Shown in pieces: positions 12,701-24,700 of a stretch of DNA of 63,985 bases. A program made the position numbers and the translations under genes. A model generated the notes under the pieces. The model saw only the letters and a program-made list of their open reading frames with translations. It made no database searches and had not been told where the DNA came from. The first letter of the stretch is position 1. Every line of letters starts with the position of its first letter. The stretch lies in NCBI GenBank assembly GCA_015680685.1, contig MNCI01000472.1, positions 677,863 to 741,847 on the forward strand. Direction: 5' to 3'. Source of the stretch: Gnetum montanum (taxonomy: Eukaryota; Plantae; Gnetophyta).

Positions 12701-15700
12701 ATGGTTTAAGGTAATATGATAATGATTGAGGTCATGTGAACAATGATGCACACCAAAATATTCTTGTTTATCACCAAACCAAAGAAACCCAGCTCACAGA
12801 TTATTCATTTCCTCAAAAGAAAATAGTTGGACCACCTTCAATGTGAGTTGCAACCTTCTTTTTTTTTGGTGAAAAATGATCAAGCAATATTATTCCAAAA
12901 AAATAATGTACAAATGTACACAAAAGATCATCGACCGGAGTCAACATAACCCATCCATGTGACCCAACAATCACTTGCAACGTACCACATAATCACCTAC
13001 ACGCCTGCACAGTGCATCCCTCTCACACTGCCCGATGACCCTCACCCCAGATAGTCAACCCCTCTTCCCAAGAGTAGTATACATACATGACACATACACC
13101 CTAGGATACCCAAGACTCCAACACTACCTGTCCACATTTGTCCCCAAACTACTACATCCTACAATCTTGGCAAATTGCATCCTAGATCCCTGACTCTCAA
13201 CCCTAGCCGAGGCCTCTAAGGCATCAGTGCCAACCGTAGTCTGTTGTCCAGTCGATCCCAATCCAAGCACCATTCGCTAGTTCTCTACTCTAAGCTGCGC
13301 CAATCTCATCTAGTGCTCTAAAATCACCATCACCATCCACCTAAGGTCCTGCAGGCGTGATTCATTCGCTTCTCTTCAAGACTCCTGTTGCATGTTCTCC
13401 CACATGAGCTACCATAGTACCGGCTCCTCCCACTATGCCTACTCAACCGCCAAGCGACACTCTTCCAACAATTGTTCGTCCATGGCTGTAGATGTTTTTG
13501 CTCCCATGCCCTTCACCTCAAGGCCCTAGTTGTGTTGCACCTATGCCCTGGCAAACTGCCCTTGGCACTGCCTTCTTTCGTACACGATCGTTAGCGCCGG
13601 GTGAATGATCAGTACACCCCCATGCCATAGCACGAGGATCACTCTAGGGTGCTACCCCAACCACCTCCTACGTAGAGATTCCCAAAAAAAATGGGTCAAA
13701 TTTATCGGGGAGCCCTACCGAAGGTGCTTGAGAAAAGTGAAATGAACCCTCAACAATTTGTCAAGGTACCCGGATTGCACAAAATACCTCTCCACCAGGA
13801 GCGCTGCATCTCTCCAAACCCCTTGTAATCCAAACTTCTGGATGTACCTGCTAGCAATCCTGGGAATGTGTCCTATGAAGAACTCCCTCACATCATCCTA
13901 GGCCCTCACAACCAACACCACAATTTCCCTTGCATCCTCCACCCCCAACACAGCAACCAACATCTGCACCGTAATTTCAATCCTCTTGCCCATGTATTGT
14001 GTAGTGTCTCCCACCTAGTTGTCGTAGAACTGCTGAGTAGGCAAGTTCGGCTCTCCCTCCATGCACTTGAGCATCTCCACCCACCCCATCCATTCAACCA
14101 ACGCCCATAATTCAGGCAATCTAGAAAATTCTGTCCATGATGGTTCAAAAAGTAGGTGTTGCTCCATGGCCTCCTTCCACAGCCCACACACCTCTCTCAC
14201 CATTGTCGTGGCTGTAGGAAGTGGCTGAAACCTTCTATTTTAACAGCACAATTGGCTCCTTCCCTTCAAGGCCACTCAATGTTCCCCAAAGTAGAAAATT
14301 AATTTGTCCAATGGAAAACATAGAAAAAATGCAACTGACATATCATACTCAAATAGTTTTCTCATTTCTTAGCATTTCATGTAAGAGCCTTGAGTAAATC
14401 TTCATGAGTGATAAGTATGCTAATAGATCTATTACAGGTGTATAGCTTTGTTTAGGCATTTCTTAAGTCGTTAATGTTAATGATTGTTACACATAGGTAA
14501 GTCTGTAGCATGCTAAGTTAGTTGCCAGATAGGTTTGGAGTTTTTAAGCCATGGAATTCTTACCAAAAAATAGAAATCAAAAAACAAAAAACATTACTTC
14601 ATTGTATGAGAAAGATCAACATTATTTGAAATCGGAATGTAAGAAACTATACTTGGCGTGACAGTAATAAAATGTGCAATCAATGAGACATAAATAACTC
14701 AACTTTGAATGGTTTGATTTATGTCGAATCTTGGATGAACAGAGTCTTAGATGCCTAGACATTATCCCAGAATTCACTATCTCAACCTCATCCTCTCTTC
14801 TCCTTTTTTTGGAAAATGTTCCAGTTGCTTGCCTAGATATAAACAGGTAACTGACAGTTATCACTTTATAACAAGACTAAAAAATGGAACACATCGAACT
14901 GAAAATAAATACCTTAAGAAAACTTCACAGTCAGCATAAATGTCAACATCGAAGCAACTGAACTCCTGCTCTAATTCATTACTTAACAGAGCAAGAAGTC
15001 CACAGTTCTCTAACAGGAAAGAAACAAGCATGACATCGTTAAACAACACCATTCAAAGATGTATCATGACAATTTTTTATATTGCTGTATAGTAAAGACT
15101 CCGAAAATCACTGTTTCATGTTGCACACAATGACTACCATACCTCCAACATGACTAGTATCAGCCCAGACAAACAAGCATGCTTTTACTTGAGATGAACA
15201 TCCATAAAACAGTCGTCCCTTATTGAGCCCATCCTGGAAAAAAAATGAATCTTGAGCTAGCAAAGAAACATTAATGAATGCCTTTTGACTTCAATAAATA
15301 ATTACCATCCTACCTTTTTAACCAGTTGCAACTTTGCCAGTCCATGCTTGCAAGATGGCCTCTTTCTGTGAAGATGTGAGAGTAGACAGCTTGCTCTGTG
15401 GTACTCATCAGCTATATTGTATAACTAAATAAAGGAAACATACATGTTATCACTAGTAATAACACAAAGATATATCGTATAACAGATTATGCTTCTTCAG
15501 TAGCCAATATCTCCTCTCCGAAATTTTCATAACCAAAAAATGAAAAATAAAAACCATGCAAGTATTTTCATTCCAGTTTGCTTTCTTTTACTATGGCAGA
15601 AAATCAGAACCTTCAATTGCAAAATGAGGTACAACGTTTTATGCTTTGAAATCACCATCAATGTCTTTACAAAGACTTAGAACAAATTTTGGAGTATACA

Positions 15701-18700
15701 TGAACAATAAACACAAGAGAAAGTTTGTGAAGCTATTTATTGGAGTTCACATATCCATGTGCCATCAAGTAGATAGCTAGCCATAGAAAATAATCATCAA
15801 ATCCTTTGCGTACTCTAATAGTCAGCCCATATAGATGGGATAAAGGCACCAAGATGATGACAATATATGTATGAGGCAAAACGTAATGTGCCTATTAATG
15901 CAAATTGTTGTTTGGCTTTAAAGAAAAGGTAAAATTTTAAATAATATTTCTAAGGTTCTCACAATGAAAATTGTAAAATCATTATACAAAGACTTCTAAT
16001 CAAAATAGCAGTTGTAATCCTACAAATGCCTAAACTCTTACAAAGATCTGTGCTAGGAGAGGGGTGTTGTGTAGTGGGGAGGCAAAGTGATTTGGGGTTA
16101 GATGGTGTGAGGCTTTGTGCTAACATTTGGACTATAATCTAAATGTAATAGATGAACAACATGTATTATCAGAATGTTGTGAAATAGATTTCTTTACAAG
16201 AAAATGGTATATCTCTAGTCAGCCTTTATATGAACTATTTAAGAGACCAATGTTGATTCTAAGGAATTATAAGAATAAGTGCTCACATTACATGAGTATT
16301 GTACATATCTGTAGTACTCAAAATTTGTTGATATTAATGTATTTTGTATAACCTAATTTGTTTGACATATCCTTTGTGTCCATATAGATGTAATAAAATT
16401 TTAGTTTTGGTTTCAATAAATGCTCATATTGGATTAAATTTCATTTTCTATTTCAAGTATTTTATTTTCAAAATTGTATTGAATTTTAAATGCTAGCTTG
16501 GTGGGAAAATATGCTTAATGTACATTGTACAATGACTAAGAAAAACATGTATATGTAAATATTTGCTATTTTATTTCAATTTTTAGGTCTTGAGAAAAGC
16601 CTTATAAAGGATCATCACCTGGAGCTATAGCACTCATTCTGCTAAACAGGGCCCCAAGAGTACTAGTAGATAAGCAAAAACCTAACCCTTTTGAGTGGTT
16701 GCACCCAAGCTGAAACCCAGGTCTTTGACTTAAGAAAAACTTTATGATAAGCCTAAATTGGCTAGAACAATTATGTTTTGCTAATAAATGAAATTACCAA
16801 GGGTCAAGGGTCATCATCTGTAGGCTCAATGCTCTTCCGACCAAGTAGGGCCTCAGGAGGATCAATGGAAGAGCAAAAGCCTAATCTCTTTTCAAGTGGG
16901 TGTGTCATTGAAACACAAGTCTTACTACCTAAGAAATGAGCACCTTACTATCATTCCAAATGATGGTCCTTTAATAAATGAAATTACCAAACATGATAAA
17001 AAATTAAGAAAAATATATCTAGTGTTCTAGGAATTGTGGTGAAAGAACCATACCCATGAATCAAGATTGTTATGTATATCATAGTCATGTTATTTTCAAT
17101 TATGAAGGTATAAAATTCTATATTTAATTTGTGGTATATTTTTTTAGTTTTATTAAATAATAAAATATAAGTATCTCCTCCAAAGCTAAAGAATGATTAC
17201 TAGATAACCTTTCTAGGCTATAACATAATGTATGCAATAAGACATTTAGCCTACTGTTTCATAAGAAATTTGACCCTTGGATTTGAATCATGATTAATTT
17301 GTGTATCTTCTTAAGCCTGACTCATTTCTCTTTTTTTTCTTTTTTTTTCTTTTTTGAGAAAGTAGTCGGGATTATATTAATGAAAAACTCAAAATATGTT
17401 ACAAGAGATTACAAGTGGTGGGCCATCAGGAATGGCCCCTCCGAGAGAGGGGATGATCCCCAAATTATGCAATACCGTGCCCAAGACAGCAAAAACAACA
17501 GGGGGAGCCCCCCCAGTAAGCGAGGGGGCACCCCCAGGGACAAGGGAGGGTGCACCCCCACCCGCAGGAAGAGCCAAAACCAGTGAAGAAGACCGGGGGG
17601 CACCAACCCGATAGAGGACCACCCACTAAGGGTTCGTCGGCAGTCGTTGGCAGGCGCAGTTGGGGTGCTCCAGCTCATGGAGGATATCCAGAGTGTTCCA
17701 ATGATCCTCTATGTCCATGAAACTGGCCACCTATTGGATGCCCTGCATGGCCGACTCCCGTCTACTCCTGTCCACCTGTGAAGCTCCTGCATCTGGGTGG
17801 TAGCGCGCCGAAGTTCGGCGGATATGTCGTCTAAGTTCCGCCCAGGAGCTCTCACAGCTGATGCCAAGAATGAGGTACGGGCATCGCCCCTCTCTTAGCC
17901 ATTGTCGGGCGTTATGCCCGTGGGCGCGGTCAAGTTGTCTCTATCGTTGGTCCTCCTCCTCCTGAAGCCGCTCCTGCTCCGCCCGCTCCGCCCACTCACA
18001 TCGTCTCTGGGCCTCCTCCTCTTGGGTTAATTCTTCCCACACTTGGGCCTTGATTTCGTCAATGAGGTGAGCCCTTGCAGCCTCAACCATGAGCTCCTGC
18101 TGCCTAACCCGTTCCTGCTCGTGCTCAGTGACCTGGGCTTCCAGGTCAGCCCGAGCCTGCGCGAGGGTTTCATTCCATTTGGCTTCCCATTCTTTCCTCT
18201 CTACCTCCCGGGCTTCGTCTACCGCCTTCTGCGTGGCCTACCGAAGCTCCTCATTCCAGTTCCTCTAGCCAGATGTCTCTGGTGGGGGGGAAGCCGATTT
18301 GGCAGGACGTTCAGGGGAGCGCTGCTCCCGCGGGGTCCTCTGACCCCGTGTAACGGAGAAACCCCAATGGGGCCAATCGCCCCCCCGCCCGGGCACCACC
18401 GTAGTGTCCTGTGGCCTAGCCGAGGGGGGGCATTCCAAAGAGACCCCCCACAGGGGGGCAGAGGACGAGGTGTGATGCCCCCCCTTTGCCCCCTGCCACA
18501 GTGCCAAAATTAAACCAAAGTGGCGGCCGCGGCGCTTGAGCTTAAGGGCCTCCTTAAAAAAGTGGGGGAGGTTGACCTAGCTACCCAACTTGAGGCAGCA
18601 TAGGAAAGCGAAGTGTAGGCCCTGCAATTTGGAGCCGTTGCTAGACTAGACGAAGAATCGGTCCACCAGATCTGCACCCCGGGCCCATAGGTGTGGCAGG

Positions 18701-21700
18701 GAAGATTTGGGTACTTGTCTGCTCTTGGTTCAAGGAACAGGCCCATCAAAGAACATTTCAACATCCTGGAGGCCACAGGTGGAGGGCAAAATGATCTATC
18801 CAGCAATCGAGGCCCCCAAACAGCTGGCAATCGAAGATTCTGTAATCCAGATTTCACGCCCACGAAAGAAGGTACAATCGTTGACCCAATTAGAGAAAAA
18901 CGCGGCGTCTGCCAAATTTGGATCCCCGACCAGCCGTTGCAGAGGGTCAGACCAACCGCACTGGGCCACCATCTGCCAGAGCGCCTCGTCCTCCTGGAAC
19001 ACGGCGCAGTCCAACTCGAAAGTGGGCGTGATTCCCATCGTCGTCTCGATTTCCTTCCACGCGGTGAGAGCCTGGGAGACCAGCCGCTGCAGAGGGGGGC
19101 GCTGTTGCTGCCGGAAAACAGTGTTATTCCATGCCTTCCACGCTACTCATAAAAGTAGTGTGGCCCAAGAGTCACCCGTGAGGCGCCTCAAGGGGGGCAT
19201 CGCCGCCACACGCCACATGGCGCGCATGCAAGGGCAATCAACCGCGAAGTGCTGCACCGTTTCAACAGCAGCATCACATGTAGGACACGTGTTGCTGTTT
19301 AGTATTCCGCGCCGCTGCAGCAAGGCCCGTACGGGCAATGCATCGCGCTTAAACAGCCACAGGAAGATTTTGATTTTTTCAGGCAACCGCCCCTGCCAGA
19401 TCCGCAGCCAACCATCAAGTTGGGGGTATTTGGCCATCAGAAGGGCTCGTGGCTCGAGGCCCCCCATCCCAAGGCCTGCATCACACGTGTGTGCCGGCAC
19501 AATGCCTGCCAGGGCCTAGAGTCCCGCGCCCCCGTTTCCTAGCGTAGATATTTGGCATTCATGATGCGGATCCATGGGATCGGTTCTCTATGTGGGCACG
19601 AAAACCGAAGCACTAACCGTTGTTATCCCATCATCAGCTCGTCCTCGAATGACGTGATGCCCAACCCACCCGTGCTTCGGGGGCGCACCACCCGTTCCCA
19701 ACGGACCAAATGGAATTTGTGCCCCCCCTTGCCCCCCTCCCAGACGAAGCTACGGATCAGCGTGTTAACCGCATTCATGACCACGTTTGGGGGGGTGGCA
19801 ACGGCAACCACGAAACGAGCAATTGGAAAAATCTAAGGTGTTAATCCATTGTTGTATAAAAAGGTAATCACCTGAAGACTCAATGCAATCCATTGCTATA
19901 TAACTATAGGATTAATGTTAGTTCTATGTCTAATATGTTTGGCATTTTATTAATTGCTAGTGTTGTACTTCATCTCATTTTTCTTTTTTCTTTTTTTTTT
20001 GTAAGAAAAGGTCAAGAATATATTACAAGCAAAAAATAATTCTAAGCATTGAAGGAAAAGGATCCCCAAACATTAGGGGGTGGGGCTGGGGCTGGGGGAC
20101 AAAAGACACCCTCTTGAACAAAGGGGAAGATTCCCAAAGACAAAAAAGTGGAGAAGGACCCTTATCCATTCACAAATACAATAGAGGAAACAAAAATTGG
20201 CCCGTCCCAAGGCCCCATGCATACAAAGCTCAATTTCAAAACCAAAACATAAAAACCCAAAACAACAAACAAGGCATACATGCTTGAACCAAAGGTAGAT
20301 AGTCATTATCCTCCCTTTGGATGACCCGCTAGATGGGGATAGTGATAGGGGAGGAGACCCTGCACTACCCATCCCCACGCCCCCCTCCCCCACCCCCCAA
20401 CCCCTGAAAAGATTTCCAACTAGAACCACTATAGGACCTCCACAATCGCCTATGGTTCATGGACCACAATCCCCCCATCAGAGATACAGGGGATCATTTT
20501 GACATCTTTTGCAACATTTCCCATAGCAAAAAAGAATTTTGTATTCTTATCCCCATCCTTCAACAATTTGGCCCATGACCTTTCCTTCCAATATGACTCT
20601 TCTTCCCTTGAAAGCTCCTAGAGCTAGACCAACAATTCATGTTCCTCCTCCTCCAAAGGTTCCCCTTGTTCCTACCTTCTCTGTATGTGCAACAATGTTT
20701 ATTGCAAAATTGAGCAGCTCACTTTGAAAGAGTACTTGTCCTCTTTACGAATCTTTCAAATCCCATGTTTAAGCAAGGACAAGCCACACTTAAGAAAGTC
20801 ATGTGGGTCTTCCTATGTTGGGTAGTAGCCCCAAATATCCCTCACAAGTTTATGCAGCCAACCTTTTGTTAGCCATGTGCACTCAAATCTAAACTAGGAC
20901 GAGGCAATTTCAAATGTGTGTTGGAAAGAACAAAGTAGGGCTCTATGATCAAATGCTCTAGCTGAAACAAACTTGTCAATAAGACTTACCTACATTGTTT
21001 GTATCCCCTCCGACAAGGCCCTATCCATCTAAAGATAGAGCTTCCCTGAAACATGAGAAACTGCCTCAATGCCTACCATCTGAACAAGCCAACTGGTCGA
21101 ACCAGCTAAGAGTTGCCCACCCAACAAGACCCCACGCCACCTATGGTCATGCCCTCTTTATGCACATGGCCAACAACCTTCTTCTAGTCCTCTACTCCTC
21201 CCACTTCCTCCACATTATCCCTCATCTTTGCTGCCCTAGTGGGCTTTGCATCGCTACCACCCTTCCCACTAGTGCCGCCTCCCTTACCATTGTTGACACT
21301 AGTCAAACCAAACCCATCACACCCACAACTCATCTTTTTGAATGGGTTTAGGCTAATGTTCATATTATCACCTTGGCTAATGCATTTTTCATTACAGTAG
21401 ATATGTTTAGATGATTTGTATTGGTAATGTTGCTAGGAAATATAGAATCTTAATTCACTATTGAATAAATATACAATCAATGTTTGAAATGTTTCATATC
21501 TCATCCAACAAGCTCTTCATTTGAACAAGTCTGTTCATAAACATTATGTAATTTTTTATTCAATAACTGAACCATGATCATTGTATCATTAATAATGTTA
21601 TTGTGAATAGAGGTGTAGACGACACCACAATTATTATATTTTCTTTGTATTCCAATTTGCAATTATCTAGCTTATGAAGAATGTGCTTTTCTACATTTTG

Positions 21701-24700
21701 ATCTTCTAAATGGTTGTTTATGTATTGCTCTACATGCCTCAAAAATTGGCCCGAGTTTATTTCATTTTACATTTATTGTGCACCTTGGATGCATAGTGAA
21801 TTTTGTTACATTTATTGTGCACCTTGGATGCATAGTGAATTCTATGATGTGTCGATTGTCATATTGGAAAACTTTCCAAGCAAAATCCTTAGACACCTGT
21901 TTGAATGTTGTACCATTTTATGCTTATAATTACTTAGGCCAAAATTAATTGTTGCTAATGTTAGTTTGATTGCATTATCACTATGACATTATTAAACATT
22001 TGCATAAGTGCATTTGAACTTATAAAAAGAAAATGTTGTTTCTTTCTAGAAGGATTTTAAATATGCAAAACAACAAAATGCTCTCAGCATCTTAACCAAG
22101 CTAATCCTCACTAGTAGTCAGCAACCATGCATTCACTACACAGCTCATTATAGTTCCCCTATGAAAAAACATGAGTATGGAGGTCTTCCCATGACTCCTA
22201 AGAACTTCGTATCTGTCAAGCATGCATTCTTGGAAAATTAAGAAAACAAATCCTTTCAACAAGCACATGACTTTGAATCACAAATAAAATTTCCTACATG
22301 TAAAGTCATGATACAATCTTCCATTTAATAGGTTGAAAAAATAAATTTTATTTTTTACGTAGAAGATCTGTCCCTATGAACAATCATTTTTTTGAGAGAA
22401 TATTCGGGAGTATATTATTGAGAAAGAAAAAATATAGTACAGGAGATTACAAATCATGGGTCATCAGCAATGGCCCTCAATAGATGGGGGAAAAAGCCCC
22501 TAAGTCACAAAATTTTAGCACCCCAACAACCATGCTAACCTCAAGAAACAGAACCAAAAAACAAACCAAAAACGAGGGGGGGCCAACCCCCCCCCCCCCC
22601 GGGGGGGCCCCCCCCCCCCCAGCCCAAGGGGAGGGGGCACCAGAAACAAGGGAAAATAACAGGGCGGGGGGCGGGGGGCAAAAGGACGAGGAAAGCGGTG
22701 ACGTCCAGGGGAAGCAAGCGTCGTCCACCCTCCAAGACACCCCCTCCTAGGGGTTCATCGACAGCCGACGGTAGGCATAGTGTGGGTGCTCCAGCTCATG
22801 GAGAAGGTCCAACGTGTTACGGTGGTCTTCCGTGTCCATGAAACTAGCAACCTGCTGGATACCCTGCATTGCCGACTCCCGCCTATTCCGGTCCATCGGC
22901 GAAGCTCCCCCATCAAGGTGAAAATGCACCGAGGTTTGGCAAATATGGTGCCTGAGCTCCCCCCAGAAGCTTTCGCAACTGATTCCTAGGATGAGGTACG
23001 GGCAATGCCCCCCTCTAAGCCATTGTCGAGCACTGTGCTCGTGTGCCCTATCAAGCTACCATTACCGTTGCTCCTCCTCCTCCTGTAAGCGTTCATGCTC
23101 CGCTCGCTTCGCCTCTTTGCGTTCTCTTTGGGCCGCATCCTTCTGCAGCAGTTCTTCCCGTACTTGGGCCCGAATTTCATCCACTAACCGGGCCCGGGCA
23201 GCATCGGCCATGAGATCGTATTGCCTCACCCACTCATGCTCCCGCTCGTGAAACTGGGCCTCCAAATCAACCCGGGCCTATGCAAGGGCTTCATTCCATT
23301 TGGCCTCCCACTCCCGTCTTTTAGCTTCACATGCCTCGACAACGGCTCTCTGTGTGGCCTCCCGCAGCTCTTCGTGCCAGTTCATGCTGCGGTCGAAGGT
23401 TTCTGATGGGGATGAAACTGATTTGCCGAGGCCAGCGGGGGGGCACCGTTCCCATTGAGTCCGCTGCCCTGCGTGAAGGTTGTAGCCGATAGGGTCCAAC
23501 GGTTCCCCTGGCTAGACAAGACCGTAGGGCCTGGGGGGTTAGCAGGGGGGCAAGCAAGGGGGCCCCCGCGGGGGGCAAATGACAATGGGTGTTGCCCCCC
23601 CCCCCTCTACCCCCCACCACAATGCTAAAATTAACCCTGAATGGCAGCCTCGCCTTTTAAGCAGGAGGGCTTCCAAGAAAAAGAGAAGGAGGTTAACCTG
23701 GCAGCCCAATTTTAGGCAACGCAGAAACACAAAATGTAGGCCCTAGAGCTTGGATCCGTTGCCAGACTAGACAAAAAATCTGTCCACCAAATCTGCTGCC
23801 CGAGCCCAGAGACAAGGAAGAGAAGATCGGGGCACCTGTCGACTTCGTGTACGTGGCACAGGCCCTTCGGAAAATAGTTCTGCATCCTGCAGACCACAGG
23901 TAGACAACAGGATGACCTCACCGATGACCTGGACCCCCAGACAGCTGGCGATTGAGGATTCTATGATGAGAATCTCGCACCCTCGAAAAAAGGTCCGGTC
24001 GTTGCTCCATTTGGTAAAGAAAGCGTCGTTTGCCAAATCTGGGTCCCCGACCAACCGCTGTAGAGGGTCACACCAGCCGCACTATGTCACCATCTGCCAA
24101 AGCTCCTCGTCATCCTGAAACGCAATGCAATCCAGTTCAAATGTTGGCGTGATTCCCATTGCCGCCTCAATTTCTTTCCACACACAGAGAGCTTGGAAAA
24201 CTAGCCGAGGGTGGAGCCTTTCCTAATGAAACACAATGTGGTTTCTTGCTTTCCACACTACCCATAAAAGTAGCGTGGCCCAAGAATCGCCGATGAGGCG
24301 CATCGAGGGGGTTGCCACCACCACAAGCCACGTGGCACGCATGTATGTACATTCATGAGTGAAGTGTTGAACTGTCTCGGGCTCGACGCCACAACAGGGA
24401 TAGGTGTCGTTCTGCATGAGCCCGCGCCAACATAGGAACTTGCGCACAGGCAACACGTTCATCTGTATCAACCAGAGGAAGATCTTCATCTTCTTAGGGA
24501 GCCACCCCCTCCAAATCTGCTACCAACCAACCACCTAGGGATACTTGGCTATCAGTAGATTGCATGACTCGAGATTCAACCACCCCTGGGTCTACATCGC
24601 CCATGCGTGCCAGCAAAGCGCTTGCCAGGGTCTAGAATCCCGCACCTCCGCCTCCCAACGTTGATACTTTGCATTCATGATACGAATCCACTGGATCGGT

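Noticed and set aside
17626-17900. J-domain segments as host DnaJ genes or processed pseudogenes
   Set aside because: They sit in frame with LINE ORF2 or directly behind the family coiled coil, mostly just before a LINE 3'UTR/polyA and inside TSDs, in eight copies.
18043-19519. Long plus-strand ORFs (e.g. 18707-19519; likewise 51442-52413 and 50588-50977)
   Set aside because: Antisense shadows of GC-rich LINE coding sequence, with no independent motifs.
22150-22230. Candidate extra ZGRF1 exon after a pyrimidine-rich AG
   Set aside because: Exons 28409 and 15424 already join in phase with sensible sequence (EEINLI|LYNIA), and there is no homology support.
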